Source: Terriglobia bacterium (GTDB lineage: Bacteria; Acidobacteriota; Terriglobia; 20CM-2-55-15). From it: DNA of 64,000 nucleotides. The notes under the pieces are model-generated. The model saw nothing but the letters and a program-made list of their open reading frames with translations. It was not told the origin of the DNA and made no database searches. The stretch spans positions 256,001 through 320,000 of the forward strand of contig CBDCLE010000024.1 of the NCBI GenBank assembly GCA_965218585.1, written 5' to 3'. This document shows positions 1 to 10,788 of this stretch, piece after piece (the stretch's first letter is position 1; every line of letters begins with the position of its first letter). The translations under genes were made by a program, and so were the position numbers.

Positions 1-1
1 C

Positions 2-1066
2 GTATCGGTCCAGGTTGGGAATGTCGGCAGGATCGACGATCTGGGCACCCGCATCGCGAATAACCTGGATCTGGGACTCAAACACTTCCATGACAGCTTC
101 ATCAAAGTCGAAGTTGCGGGCTACGCCGATGCGGGCTCCTCCGAGGCTCCCGGGATCGAGAAACTGTGCATAGTCGGTTTCGGAGGGTCCGTCGCTTGAA
201 TTGGTGGCCGGATCACGCGGATCGACACCGGTCAGTGCGCCCAGGACCAGCGCAGCATCCGTCACGGTTCGGGTCATCGGTCCTGCCGTGTCCTGGGTCG
301 CCGATATCGGGATGATTCCGGAACGGCTCACGAGCCCGACCGTCGGTTTGATGCCGACGATTCCGTTTCGCGACGCCGGGCAGACGATCGAGCCGTTGGT
401 TTCGGTACCGATAGCCAAGGGGGCCAGATTTGCCGAGACAGCAACGGCCGAACCCGAGCTTGACCCGCACGGGTTGTGATCCAGCACGTAGGGGTTTCTG
501 CACTGTCCGCCGCGACCACTCCATCCACTGGAGGAGTCACGGGACCTGAAGTTGGCCCATTCACTCAGGTTTGCCTTGCCGAGGATGACGGCGCCGGCCG
601 CTCTCAGTTGCTGGGCAAGGAAAGAATCCCGAAGCGGCGTGGACCCTTCGAGGGCTAGCGACCCGGCGGCGGTCGTCATCTGATCTGCCGTATCGATATT
701 GTCTTTCAAGACAATGGGGATGCCGTGGAGTGGGCCGCGCGGCCCCGTGGTTCCGCGCTCCTGGTCCAACGCGTCGGCAATTACGAGCGCTTCCGGATTC
801 GTCTCGATCATCGACCGCAGTTCCGGTCCGGAGGTGTCGAGTTCGGCGATCCGATTCAGGTAGAGTTCAGTGATGGAGACCGAAGTCATCTGACCCGATG
901 CCAACTGTTCCCCAAGCCCGGACACAGTGAATTCGTCCAGTTGGAAAGGGGAAACCGCGACCGCATTCTGGGAGCCGTCTGTCTCGGGCTCCTCGGTCCC
1001 GCAGCCGGCGGCGATAGCCGCGCTGCCTAATACTGTGGAAACGATGAATCGGCGGCGATTGATCAT
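2..1066 (-). CDS. Amidase signature family protein (GatA-like), Tat lipoprotein; runs off the left edge
   Basis: Manual translation of the minus strand from ATG 1066: MINRRRFIVSTVLGSAAIAAGC (twin-Arg motif plus lipobox), then RGPLHGIPIVLKDNIDT and GGSSSGS/GTETNGSIVCP amidase motifs. Absent from the ORF track because it has no stop in the window. Confidence 0.88.
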   Translation of the reverse strand, partial: MINRRRFIVSTVLGSAAIAAGCGTEEPETDGSQNAVAVSPFQLDEFTVSGLGEQLASGQMTSVSITELYLNRIAELDTSGPELRSMIETNPEALVIADALDQERGTTGPRGPLHGIPIVLKDNIDTADQMTTAAGSLALEGSTPLRDSFLAQQLRAAGAVILGKANLSEWANFRSRDSSSGWSGRGGQCRNPYVLDHNPCGSSSGSAVAVSANLAPLAIGTETNGSIVCPASRNGIVGIKPTVGLVSRSGIIPISATQDTAGPMTRTVTDAALVLGALTGVDPRDPATNSSDGPSETDYAQFLDPGSLGGARIGVARNFDFDEAVMEVFESQIQVIRDAGAQIVDPADIPNLDRY

Positions 1067-1078
1067 CTTTTCTCCGTG

Positions 1079-1666
1079 TCAGCGGAGGGAATCGACCTGG
1101 AGTTTTGAAGCAATAGTGTCCAGGCTGCTCACTCCTTCTGCGTGGATGGCAAAGCCGTAACGGCGTTTCGGATCAGCTTCGCGAATCAGTGTGTGGTCAG
1201 AGCCCAGGAGCCGTTCTATAGTGGACTCGATCGCCGGCCGGAGCTCACGATCGGTCTCTTCGGTATTGGGCATGTTCAGCCGGTCGTTAAAGGAAAGTTC
1301 CCAGAAGCCCGGCCGGGGTGAGAGATCGGACGGATATTCCGGCTCCCCCATGAGCGCTGCTGACAAGGCGAGACACCGCCGGAAGGTTTCCATCAGGCGC
1401 TCTTCGATAGTCCCTTCCAGATCGCGCTTGTTGACATAGAGTATGCCGGGTCCCGGGTCGGCCAGGTCGAGTGCCAGGTTCCCCTGTTTACCGATGATCA
1501 TGATTCCGGGTCCTTTAGCTACGTGGGCGTAATCGGCCATGTCAATCCAGCCCGAAGGGTGTCCCCCATCCTCGCGCCAACGAGCGAAAACGTCGAGCAG
1601 CGGCTCCAGTACGATCTGGTCTCCTCTGTCAGTGAACAGTTTGAGGTTGATTCTTTGCAGTTCCAT
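1079..1666 (-). CDS. Hypothetical protein co-transcribed with the sulfite/nitrite reductase
   Basis: 195 aa ORF starting 7 nt after the reductase stop; protein-like composition; WIDMADYAHV..GPG motif. Confidence 0.75.
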   Translation of the reverse strand: MELQRINLKLFTDRGDQIVLEPLLDVFARWREDGGHPSGWIDMADYAHVAKGPGIMIIGKQGNLALDLADPGPGILYVNKRDLEGTIEERLMETFRRCLALSAALMGEPEYPSDLSPRPGFWELSFNDRLNMPNTEETDRELRPAIESTIERLLGSDHTLIREADPKRRYGFAIHAEGVSSLDTIASKLQVDSLR

Positions 1667-1673
1667 TCAGGTT

Positions 1674-3812
1674 TCAGGCTTTCGTGTAGACCGTCTGCGC
1701 CTGTTCGAGGAAGAGGGCCGCCTCTTCTACACGACGCCTGGAATCATCGGCCGAGAATTCCTTGCCGTTTCCTTCTTTCGCCCTGAAAAAGTTTTCCGCG
1801 AAAGGCTTGTAGAACTGACCTGTGTCATAAAACCTTTTCCGAAATTCGCCGACACTGTCGTAGTTGTCCGACAAAAGGAGACCCTCGGTCGACAGCAGGG
1901 CATCGGCAGCTTTCATGGTTGCATCCATCGCCCCTTCGGCGGCTTCCTGATAGCGTTCTTCATCCAGGGCCAACGTGGCTTCGAAAACCAGACGGTCCGC
2001 TTCCTCCAGCATGAACTCGGCCTGATCCACCATTGCACCGGCGCACTCCCCGACTCCGGTTTCCTTGTGGTACTTCCACGTTTGCCGGCTGTCGAGGTAG
2101 AGTTCGGGTGTCTCCTCGAAGCGGGGGAGCGTAAGATCTTCGATCGCGGACTTCAGACGGGCCTTGCCGAGCCGTTCCACGAATTGGGAGAACGTCTCGT
2201 CTTCCTGTTTTTCTACGGAATACAGGTCGGTCAGGCGTTGGACCACTCGCGTCGCGTTACGCGCAGGGACTTTCGCGGTGACCAGTCCGTAGGACGCCGC
2301 ATTGCCTTCCCCGGTGCCGCCAAGGACCACCTGAAAGACCGGGGCCGTATAGGCGCCCTTGCGTTGGACTGAACCGAGGAATCCGATGTCGGCGATGTGG
2401 TGCTGACCGCAGGAGTTGAAGCACCCACTGATCTTGATCTTGATGTCCTCCCGACGGGCTATCTCTGCCATGCCACTGTTGAACTGTTTATCGAAGTCCG
2501 CAGCCAGGCCGCGGGAGGATGTAATGCCGAGCTTGCAGGAATCGGTGCCGGGGCAAGCGGTGATGTCTGCCATGCGGTTAGCTCCCGCACGGTCGAGCCC
2601 GATGCGTTTGAGATCGTCGTAGAGAGCAGGCAGATCTCTGTTTGAAACCCAGCGGAGAAGCAGGTTCTGGGTAACCGTCGTGCGCGCCGTATCACTGATG
2701 TAGTTGGTGCAGACGCTCGCCAGTTCCCGAAGTTGGTCTGCAGTGATATCCCCGAGAGGAAGAAACACTTCGACCATTGAGTAGCCGTCCTGAACCTGGG
2801 GCCGGACGTTTGTTTCGAACCAGGCCTTAAACCGAGAATCGGTCTGCGCCTCGGGGTCGAGCGTGGATCCGGGTTTCAGCGGCTGTTCAATATAGGTAGA
2901 CGCTTTGGCGATCGCGCCCTCCCACTCCGGGTCGTCGGGTAGCTTCGCGCGCTCTTCTTCAACCAGGCGCCTAAACTCGTCTATCCCCAGAATGTTGACC
3001 AGGAACTTCATTCGTGCCCGATTTCTGTCGTCTTTCTCTCCGAGGCGTGCGAACACGCGAGACATCGCCTGCGCTAGGGGTAGCATCTCGTCGGCGGGAA
3101 CGAACTCGCTATAGAGTTTCGCCTGGTGGGGAATTGCGCCGAGGCCACCCCCGACGTAGACCTTAAAGCCCTGGACCTTCTGTCGGCCTTCCTCGCGCAC
3201 CATCGCCACTGCGCCGATGTCATGCATTTTGGCTAGGCCACAGGGTTTGTCCTGGCATCCGGAGTATGCAATCTTGAACTTCCGTCCGAAGTTCTGCGCA
3301 TCGGGATGGCGCAGGAGGAAAGCGGCCATCGCCTGGGCGTGGGGCGTTGGATCGAATTCTTCGGTAGAGCACACACCCGCTTCCGGACAGCCCGTTACGT
3401 TGCGGACGACATTGCCGCAGGCTTCCCGGGTCGTAATTCCAACCTCTGCCAGCCTCCGCATGAGGTTGGGTGTGTCGTCGATGTCCACGAAGTGGTACTG
3501 AACATCCTGGCGGGTCGTGATGTGGCTGATGCCGTCAGCGTATTCCTCCGACAGATCAGCCAGTTGAATCATCTGTTCGATGGTCAGCATCCCCAACGGT
3601 ATCTTTATGCGTTGCATTTGGACGCCATCCTGACGCTGTCCATAGACGCCGTGCCTGAGCCGGAACTCCAGAAAGACCTTTTCCGACATCTGGCCGGTCT
3701 GGACGCGTTTGAGTTGCGTCTCGAAGACGTCAATCTCGTCGCGGATATCTTTAGGCAGATGGGCCCATCGATCTTCGGGCTGCGGTTCGGTGGGTGTTTC
3801 AGTTGTTGCCAT
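1674..3812 (-). CDS. Siroheme/[4Fe-4S] sulfite (or nitrite) reductase, ferredoxin-dependent Sir/NirA type, with C-terminal HEPN-like helical domain
   Basis: FRLRHGVYGQRQ, HITTRQDVQ, REACGNVVRN, GRKFKIAYSGC, ACPGTDSC and ISGCFNSCGQH motifs; divergent from cysH/cysD/cysN. Confidence 0.92.
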   Translation of the reverse strand: MATTETPTEPQPEDRWAHLPKDIRDEIDVFETQLKRVQTGQMSEKVFLEFRLRHGVYGQRQDGVQMQRIKIPLGMLTIEQMIQLADLSEEYADGISHITTRQDVQYHFVDIDDTPNLMRRLAEVGITTREACGNVVRNVTGCPEAGVCSTEEFDPTPHAQAMAAFLLRHPDAQNFGRKFKIAYSGCQDKPCGLAKMHDIGAVAMVREEGRQKVQGFKVYVGGGLGAIPHQAKLYSEFVPADEMLPLAQAMSRVFARLGEKDDRNRARMKFLVNILGIDEFRRLVEEERAKLPDDPEWEGAIAKASTYIEQPLKPGSTLDPEAQTDSRFKAWFETNVRPQVQDGYSMVEVFLPLGDITADQLRELASVCTNYISDTARTTVTQNLLLRWVSNRDLPALYDDLKRIGLDRAGANRMADITACPGTDSCKLGITSSRGLAADFDKQFNSGMAEIARREDIKIKISGCFNSCGQHHIADIGFLGSVQRKGAYTAPVFQVVLGGTGEGNAASYGLVTAKVPARNATRVVQRLTDLYSVEKQEDETFSQFVERLGKARLKSAIEDLTLPRFEETPELYLDSRQTWKYHKETGVGECAGAMVDQAEFMLEEADRLVFEATLALDEERYQEAAEGAMDATMKAADALLSTEGLLLSDNYDSVGEFRKRFYDTGQFYKPFAENFFRAKEGNGKEFSADDSRRRVEEAALFLEQAQTVYTKA

Positions 3813-4145
3813 GGTCGGCTTCTCCGTCGTTTTTGATTTAGCTGCCTATTCTATATTAGATTGGTCCAGTTTATCTACAATCAGCCAGGATTGCACGATC
3901 GCATGGGTGATTCTGGCGGTTTGAGATCGCCGAGTAAACGAATAAATATCTGATTATAAATACATTATTCAGGCCGGTGATATGAGGTCGGGCGGTCACG
4001 TATTCTTGACTAATCTTATAAAGTAACTATAGAATCTACTAATCGCCAGCCGTCCCCAATCGGCACTGGCGGAAACGGGGAATTGTTCCTCCAGTTGAAC
4101 TGATAGCCGAAAGTCGGTCGCTGACACCAAAAGGAACTAATAGTC
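3813..4145. promoter_or_regulatory. AT-rich divergent promoter region of the sulfate assimilation genes
   Basis: Markedly AT-rich intergenic stretch between divergent operons; TTGACT at ~4006 followed by AT-rich -10-like TATAGAAT. No operator identified with confidence. Confidence 0.5.
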
Positions 4146-4916
4146 TTGGAATTCAATATTCTACTACCGGTTGCAGGTTTCGTAGTCGGAGTTGTTGTGG
4201 GCATGACGGGCGTCGGTGGAGGCGCACTGATGACACCCGCTCTGATCTTCGGGTTGGGCGTGCCGCCAGTCGTTGCCGTTGGGACAGATCTGATTTTCGC
4301 CGGCATCACTAAATCGATTGGAGTCTGGGCCCATCGGGTTGAGGGCAACATTGACTGGTCCGCGATGCGTTTGCTTGCGTACGGCAGTATCCCTGCAACA
4401 ATCATGTCGATAGTGATTCTGAATCGGGCGGGGTCTCGAGAAGGTTTGAATGCAGCCGTTTTGCCGGTCCTGGGGGGCGCTCTTCTGCTGACCGCGCTTG
4501 TCGTTGCCTTGCGTGGCCGAGTTGCTGCGGTTGCCCAGCGCTTATCCCGAGAATCAGATACGCTGGCCCCCGGTTGGATCGTTTTCTCCGGCGTGATCCT
4601 GGGGTGCCTGGTGACGCTCTCCTCCGTCGGAGCGGGGGCACTGGGGATTGCGGTCCTTTTGGTCTGCCGGCCAGCAATGGAGTCGAAGCGCATCGTGGGC
4701 ACGAATCTTGCGCATGCATTGCCCCTGGCATTGGTAGCCGGTGTCGGGCACTGGACTCTCGGGACTGTTGATTTCGGTTTATTGGCCGCGTTGCTGATCG
4801 GGTCGATTCCCGGCATCTACATGGGGAGTTCGTTGACCGGAAAGGTCCCGGAACCGGTGTTGCGTGGCGTGCTGGCAACGGTCCTTGTGGCCGCCGGCTT
4901 AATGTGCATTCTCTGA
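4146..4916 (+). CDS. TSUP (TauE/SafE) family sulfite exporter / sulfur-compound transporter
   Basis: GMTGVGGGALMTP, AVGTDL, SSVGAGALG and VGTNLAHA motifs; about 8 TM helices. Confidence 0.9.
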   Translation: MEFNILLPVAGFVVGVVVGMTGVGGGALMTPALIFGLGVPPVVAVGTDLIFAGITKSIGVWAHRVEGNIDWSAMRLLAYGSIPATIMSIVILNRAGSREGLNAAVLPVLGGALLLTALVVALRGRVAAVAQRLSRESDTLAPGWIVFSGVILGCLVTLSSVGAGALGIAVLLVCRPAMESKRIVGTNLAHALPLALVAGVGHWTLGTVDFGLLAALLIGSIPGIYMGSSLTGKVPEPVLRGVLATVLVAAGLMCIL

Positions 4917-4940
4917 AACTATCTGAATCCATCTGAAGAG

Positions 4941-5651
4941 ATGACAAACGCAGACGTTTCCAAAGAAATAATGTCCCAGCGGGTAGAGGGCGTCATAGCT
5001 GTTTTGAGGGATGTCGTCTCCTCGTCGGCTCCGGCTGCGTTTGCTTCCAGTTTCGGTGTCGAAGACATGGTTCTTCTCGACCTGATCGCCACCCATGCCC
5101 GCGAAATAGAAGTGTTCACCCTCGACACAGGCAGGTTGCCCGAAGAGACATACCGATTGATGTCCAAGGCCAGGGAGCGCTATCCGGTTCCTGTTCGCGT
5201 GTATTGTCCCGAAGGGCAAGCCCTCGGAACATACATCGAGCGGAACGGTCCGGACGCCTTCTATCAAAGCGTCGCGCAAAGACGCGAGTGCTGCCACATT
5301 CGCAAGGTGGAACCTCTGGGACGTGCTCTGGAAGGAAAAAAGTCGTGGGTGACAGGTTTGAGACGAGACCAGTCGCCGACGCGTGAAAACCTCGACATCA
5401 AACTCTGGGACAAGACCAACGGTATTTTCAAGTTCAATCCTCTTCTAGAGTGGGGCGTAGACGAGGTGTGGGCCTACATTCGTACCAACGATGTTCCCTA
5501 TAACAGTCTCCACGACGCCGGCTATCCCAGTATCGGTTGCGGACCGTGCACGCGTGCGGTCGAGCCAGGTGAGGATATCCGCTCCGGCCGCTGGTGGTGG
5601 GAGAGTGCCGATTCCAAGGAGTGTGGCCTGCACGCGGCCAAACAATCGTGA
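4941..5651 (+). CDS. cysH: Adenylylsulfate (APS) reductase, CysH family, [4Fe-4S] type
   Basis: [29 protein letters not shown] and C-terminal KECGLH; the CC..CxxC cluster ligands indicate APS rather than PAPS specificity. Confidence 0.95.
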   Translation: MTNADVSKEIMSQRVEGVIAVLRDVVSSSAPAAFASSFGVEDMVLLDLIATHAREIEVFTLDTGRLPEETYRLMSKARERYPVPVRVYCPEGQALGTYIERNGPDAFYQSVAQRRECCHIRKVEPLGRALEGKKSWVTGLRRDQSPTRENLDIKLWDKTNGIFKFNPLLEWGVDEVWAYIRTNDVPYNSLHDAGYPSIGCGPCTRAVEPGEDIRSGRWWWESADSKECGLHAAKQS

Positions 5652-5653
5652 TC

Positions 5654-6559
5654 ATGGATGTGAAAGCGCACTCGAGCCACCTCGACGTTCTTGAAGACGA
5701 GTCGATCTTCATTCTTCGGGAGGTTGCGGCAGAATTCCGGAACCCGGTCATCCTGTATTCGATCGGTAAGGATTCCAGTGTCCTGGTTCACCTTGCAAGG
5801 AAAGCGTTTCATCCCGCGCCGATCCCGTTTCCCCTGTTGCACATCGATACGGGATACAAGTTCCAGGAGATGATCGAGTTTCGCGACCGGTTCGCGGCAT
5901 CGATTGGCGCCCGCCTGATCGTACATCGGAACGAGGAGGCTATTGCGTCCGGAGCGCACCCTCTGAAACTCGGCGTGGCTCGATGCTGCGGGCAGCTGAA
6001 GACTGAAGCGTTGCTCCAGGCACTTGAAGAACATGAGTTCGATGCGGCGATCGGAGGTGCCCGCCGAGATGAGGAGCGCTCCCGGGCAAAGGAGCGCGTT
6101 TTCTCTTTCAGGGACGCGTTTGGTCAGTGGGATCCCAAGAATCAACGCCCTGAACTCTGGCATGTGTTCAACACACGTGTTTTCGAGGGCGAGAGTATGC
6201 GCGTGTTTCCGCTGTCGAACTGGACCGAAGCCGACATCTGGCACTACATTCGCAGGGAAGAGATTCCGATTGTTCCTTTGTATTTTGCCAAGGAGCGCCT
6301 GGTCGTCGAGCAGGGACCAAATCTCATTCCGGCCGACGACGCCGGGAACGTCAAGGAAGGGGAGGTACCCAGGACGATGTGCGTCAGGTTTCGGACACTG
6401 GGCTGTGCTCCCTGCACAGGGGCCGTGGCTTCGGAAGCGACGACGTTGGATGAGATTGCCATTGAAGCAGCCGCAGCTATTCGCAGTGAACGTGGGACGC
6501 GCGTGATCGATCATGGGGCCAACACCATGGAAGACAAGAAGAAGGAAGGCTACTTTTGA
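5654..6559 (+). CDS. cysD: Sulfate adenylyltransferase subunit 2
   Basis: [36 protein letters not shown] and [10 protein letters not shown]; ATG at 5654 directly follows the cysH stop. Confidence 0.96.
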   Translation: MDVKAHSSHLDVLEDESIFILREVAAEFRNPVILYSIGKDSSVLVHLARKAFHPAPIPFPLLHIDTGYKFQEMIEFRDRFAASIGARLIVHRNEEAIASGAHPLKLGVARCCGQLKTEALLQALEEHEFDAAIGGARRDEERSRAKERVFSFRDAFGQWDPKNQRPELWHVFNTRVFEGESMRVFPLSNWTEADIWHYIRREEIPIVPLYFAKERLVVEQGPNLIPADDAGNVKEGEVPRTMCVRFRTLGCAPCTGAVASEATTLDEIAIEAAAAIRSERGTRVIDHGANTMEDKKKEGYF

Positions 6560-7890
6560 CCTCGACAACGACTCCGATTGGCATCGATCAGATAAAACTG
6601 CTGAGGCTGACGACGGCCGGCAGCGTGGACGACGGGAAGTCCACATTGATCGGCCGCCTTCTTGTGGACACGAAAGGAGCTTTCGAGGATCAGATTGCGG
6701 CCGCCACCGATTACAACGAACAGCGCGGCGGGCGGGGAATGGACTTTGCGCTTCTGACCGACGGCCTGCGCGCGGAGAGGGAGCAGGGCATCACGATTGA
6801 TGTAGCCTACCGATACTTCGCGACACCCAAGCGAAGATTCATCATCGCCGATACTCCGGGACACGAACAGTACACGCGCAACATGGTGACGGGCGCCAGC
6901 ACGGCAGACCTGGCGCTGATCCTTGTCGACGCGAGAAACGGTATGGTGACCCAGTCCCGCCGCCACATCTGTATTGCCCATTTGCTCGGGATCACCGACT
7001 TCGTTATCGCGATCAACAAGATGGATCTGATGAACTATTCCGAGTCCATTTACGCCGAGATCAGGGATCAGTTTACCGATTTCTTCGAGCGGCTCGGTGT
7101 CCGCCATGCGCGGGCGCACAAGGCCTGGTACGTTCCCATGTCTGCATCCGAAGGAGATATGGTCGTGGAACGTGGCGATCAGATGGGATGGTATCGGGGA
7201 GAAACATTGCTCGAACTGCTCGAATCTGTAGAGCCGGCCACAGATGTTTCCACCGCCGGTGTCCGCTTTCCGGTGCAGATGGTCTCCCGCCCCCAGACCA
7301 AAGAGCTTCCGGATTTCCGGGGGTACATGGGACGTATGGCATCGGGGAGTCTCTCGGTTGGAGACACGGTCCGCGTCCTCCCTTCGGGACTATCGAGCCG
7401 GGTGAAGAGCATCGTTACTTTTGATGGGGAGCTTGACAGTGTCGAGGCGCCCCGATCGGTGACAATCACTCTGGAAGACGACATCGACATTTCCAGGGGG
7501 GACACGATCGTGGGTGAAGGTGACGATCCCCGGATCACCAAGGAATTTGCAGCCACGATGTGCTGGATGTCGGACGCTTCGCTGGAGAGTGGTAAGAAGT
7601 ATTTGATCAAGCACGGTTCACGGACGACCAAAGCTCTCGTTTCACGGGTCGACCACCTCATCGACGTCAACTCGCTCAAGACAACGCTCGAGACCGATGC
7701 CGAGGACCGAACGTTCGAGAAGAACGATATCGGTCGAGTCCAGATCAAGACACTACAGCCGTTGGTCTGTGACGCCTACCGGTCGAATAGGGAAACCGGA
7801 GCGTTTATCCTCATCGACCCCGTCAATCACGACACGCTCGCCTGTGGCATGATCGACCTGCCTCGCGACGGTTTCGCACCCAACATTTAA
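6556..7890 (+). CDS. cysN: Sulfate adenylyltransferase subunit 1 (GTPase), no fused APS kinase
   Basis: [42 protein letters not shown] and NKMD motifs; 4-nt overlap with cysD. Confidence 0.96.
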   Translation: MTSTTTPIGIDQIKLLRLTTAGSVDDGKSTLIGRLLVDTKGAFEDQIAAATDYNEQRGGRGMDFALLTDGLRAEREQGITIDVAYRYFATPKRRFIIADTPGHEQYTRNMVTGASTADLALILVDARNGMVTQSRRHICIAHLLGITDFVIAINKMDLMNYSESIYAEIRDQFTDFFERLGVRHARAHKAWYVPMSASEGDMVVERGDQMGWYRGETLLELLESVEPATDVSTAGVRFPVQMVSRPQTKELPDFRGYMGRMASGSLSVGDTVRVLPSGLSSRVKSIVTFDGELDSVEAPRSVTITLEDDIDISRGDTIVGEGDDPRITKEFAATMCWMSDASLESGKKYLIKHGSRTTKALVSRVDHLIDVNSLKTTLETDAEDRTFEKNDIGRVQIKTLQPLVCDAYRSNRETGAFILIDPVNHDTLACGMIDLPRDGFAPNI

Positions 7891-7960
7891 GAGTCTGTCC
7901 CCTTAATTGCAGTATAGTTTGCTCTTGTTGCAGATTCTGCAGGTTTGGAGACCGTACGCG

Positions 7961-8803
7961 ATGAAACATAGATCGATCGGCAATGAAACCCCAGCGCGAC
8001 TGATCCTGTCCGGACTGGTTTTGATTCTGGCCCTCGCCGCATTGGGAGGCGTTTCCGGATCGCGTGCCGCGCAGGAGCCGCCTTCGGCCGGGCCCGCTGA
8101 TCCGTTGCTTATCGAAGACCTGGTTGCGGCAAATCACATTCTTTATCAGGAAGGCATCGTCGATGCCTTCGGTCATGTCAGCGTCCGCCACAACCTGGAC
8201 CCGAATCGCTTTCTACTTTCCCGATCGACTGCGCCTGAACTTGTAACCGCAGATGACATTCTTGAATATGACCTCGATGCCAACCCGATTAACCTGGGTG
8301 AGCGCAGGCAGTATCTGGAACGCTTCATTCATTCCGCGATCTACGCGGCTCGGCCCGACGTACAGGCGGTCGTGCACAACCACTCGCCCGGTCTTGTTCC
8401 ATTTGGAGTCAGCACTGTGCCGCTTCAGCCGATTTACCATATGGCGGCGTTTATCGGCGAAGGCATCCCTGTATTCGACATTCGTGACGCTTTTGGTATC
8501 ACCCAGATGCTTGTAAGCGATCCGATGCGGGGGCGTGTCCTGGCCGAGACCCTAGAGGATCGACCGGCGGTCCTCATGCGGGGACACGGTGTGGCCGTCG
8601 TCGGGCCTGACCTCAAGTTTGCCGTCGGACGCAGCATCTACCTGGAAGTCAACGCACGGCTTCAGACCGAGGCCATGAGTCTCGGTGGAGATATTACCTA
8701 TCTGAATCTGGGCGAGAGTGAAGCCTATTTGGATGAAGCCGGGGAAAACCAAGGTTACCAGCGACCCTGGGAATTGTGGAAACGGCAGGCGATGGAAAGG
8801 TAA
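7961..8803 (+). CDS. Class II aldolase/adducin family protein with predicted signal peptide
   Basis: DAFGHVSVR, ERFIHSAIYAARPDVQAVVHNHS and LMRGHG motifs; hydrophobic N-terminus. Confidence 0.88.
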   Translation: MKHRSIGNETPARLILSGLVLILALAALGGVSGSRAAQEPPSAGPADPLLIEDLVAANHILYQEGIVDAFGHVSVRHNLDPNRFLLSRSTAPELVTADDILEYDLDANPINLGERRQYLERFIHSAIYAARPDVQAVVHNHSPGLVPFGVSTVPLQPIYHMAAFIGEGIPVFDIRDAFGITQMLVSDPMRGRVLAETLEDRPAVLMRGHGVAVVGPDLKFAVGRSIYLEVNARLQTEAMSLGGDITYLNLGESEAYLDEAGENQGYQRPWELWKRQAMER

Positions 8804-8813
8804 GCGGCTTTAA

Positions 8814-9578
8814 GTGTTCAACTTAAACGCAGTATCTTCATCTATTAAATTTGTTTTGGCAATGGGCATATCTGTGTTTTCATTCGCCTATGTGCCTGGG
8901 GCGATCCTTGGCCAGGAGACTCCCTCATTCCCCGACACGCCATACGAAAACCTTCAGATCCTCACGGGTGCACCACCCGACCAGCTGGAACAGATCATGG
9001 GAGCGATCGCTCTTTCCCTCGGGGTGGAATGCGAATACTGCCATGTCACCGGAAACTGGGCGTCGGATGAAAGGGGGGCCAAGGAAACGGCCCGCGAGAT
9101 GATGCGGATGTCGGCAGAGATCGGCGAAACCTACTTCGGAGTCCTCGAAGCGCCCAGCTGCTGGACTTGCCACAGAGGTTCACCCAGACCTGAGACCCAA
9201 CCCTTTCCGGCTCTACCAGCGGGAGCACTCGGTCTTCCTGTTGGGACCGCAGGCGCCCTCGCGTTTGCGAATGAGGACACCGCGTCGGGTGAAGTCTATG
9301 TGAACATCCAGAACTATACAGACCTGCCGGCCAGCGGGCTTCGAGGTGTCATGGAGACATACACCCGTGATCTGGGCGTGGGCTGCGACCACTGCCATGT
9401 CGAGGGCGACTGGGCAAGCGACGAGGTGTTGATGAAGCTGGTCGCGCGCCGGATGTTTGAGATTCAGCAAGGATTGGAGGGCGAGTACCTGCCTGAGGGC
9501 GCGTTATCGTGCTGGACCTGTCACAGGGGAGAGACGCTGCCCGAGACGAACCTGCCACCCGGGTTGCTGCCGCAATAG
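8814..9578 (+). CDS. Tetraheme c-type cytochrome, photosynthetic reaction-centre cytochrome (PufC)-like, made of two tandem diheme units
   Basis: Signal peptide; CEYCH, CWTCH, CDHCH, CWTCH; duplicated Y.N.Q....M......LGV.C..CH....WASDE...K..AR.M unit. Confidence 0.82.
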   Translation: MFNLNAVSSSIKFVLAMGISVFSFAYVPGAILGQETPSFPDTPYENLQILTGAPPDQLEQIMGAIALSLGVECEYCHVTGNWASDERGAKETAREMMRMSAEIGETYFGVLEAPSCWTCHRGSPRPETQPFPALPAGALGLPVGTAGALAFANEDTASGEVYVNIQNYTDLPASGLRGVMETYTRDLGVGCDHCHVEGDWASDEVLMKLVARRMFEIQQGLEGEYLPEGALSCWTCHRGETLPETNLPPGLLPQ

Positions 9579-9638
9579 GTCACCCTCGAATACGAAGATC
9601 GGTGTGTCTTAAGCAGATCGCCGACTGCTGATCGTTAT

Positions 9639-10618
9639 CTATTCGATATTTCCCGCGACTTCTTCCCACACCCTGGCAAACGCCAACGGTGCGAACAGGC
9701 CGGACGTGCCGCGTTCTCCCGACGGTCCGAAGTCTGCTTCCTCGAATGCTTCTTCGGCTGTGCGTTCCGGATCATAGAGACGTGTGGCTTCGGAGAGAAC
9801 AGCCTCTACAGCCGCTCTGAACTCGGGCACGTCGGCCGCAAGCGTCCGAGGGTCGTCGACAAAGCCGTGTCCGGGGACGTAGTGCGACACGTCCATGGCT
9901 TCCGCCGCCTCGAGCGCTCCGATCCACTCGTTTGCAAAGCCGCTCCGGAGAGCAGGGAATTGTCCGGCAAAAAAAGATTCGCTCATGAACAGGACGCCTG
10001 TCGCGGGCAGGTGGACCATATCAGGTCGCCCCCGGTGTGTGACCGTCCCAGATGCAATATCTGAACTTCCGTAGCGCCCATCGTCAAAGTCCGGTTGTCC
10101 GTGACGGTTTCGGCCGGGACAATGATCGGAGCATCGTCCGCTTCCCGGTCGGGCGAATTGGCTGCCCGCTCGAGAGCAGCCTGAGAGTTGGGGTGGGCGA
10201 AGAAGGTCGCCTCTTCAGGAAACGCGGAGTTGCCGCCTGTATGGTCGCCGTGTTCAGATGCGACGACGACGTTGGTGACGGATTGGTCGGTCACCCGGGC
10301 GATCTCTTCGAGCATCAATGTGACCGTATCGGGGTTCCCCTGGCCACCGGCGACGAGGACACCATCGGACGTCACGACGACGAGGCTGTTGGTCGCGTAG
10401 TTTCGTCCGAGGGTTTCAAATACATAGACGTTTTCGGCGATCTCACGGAGCCGTGGAAACTCGTCCCCGGTCAGTCCACGCTCGGCCAGGCCGGGCGTGG
10501 ACGGCCCTTCAGAGGCTGGCGGGGGCGTTTCGGCCGGAGCCATCTCGGCCGGTTCGCTGGCGCAACCGGTGAAGATCAGTAAAACGATTGTCAAGAGACT
10601 GTACTTCCAGAACGGCAT
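9639..10618 (-). CDS. MBL-fold metallo-hydrolase lipoprotein, frameshifted near 10018
   Basis: MPFWKYSLLTIVLLIFTGC lipobox; NSLVVVTSDGVLV, SEHGDHTGGN and HLGRSHTGGDL, continuing in another frame as VHLP..GVLFMSE..VPGHG. Confidence 0.8.
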
Positions 10619-10788
10619 AGTTCCTCCTCGGCTGTAAGGGCCTTCGGTCAGGAGCGTCACGATACCACTCGGGGAAAATCTGTCCAAGCATCGTTCATTG
10701 CCCATCCACCTGCGAAATCGTGCGAGGAAAGAAACCGGATCACTTCCTTGATGTCGGCAGTAACATAGGCGCAGTGGGTGTAACAGGG

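Noticed and set aside
1674-2030. HEPN toxin / anti-phage RNase
   Set aside because: No RxxxxH motif seen and no adjacent nucleotidyltransferase; the domain is fused to a metabolic enzyme.
8814-9578. Evidence of phototrophy from the PufC-like cytochrome
   Set aside because: No reaction-centre or bacteriochlorophyll genes are in the window, and this cytochrome family also occurs in non-phototrophs.
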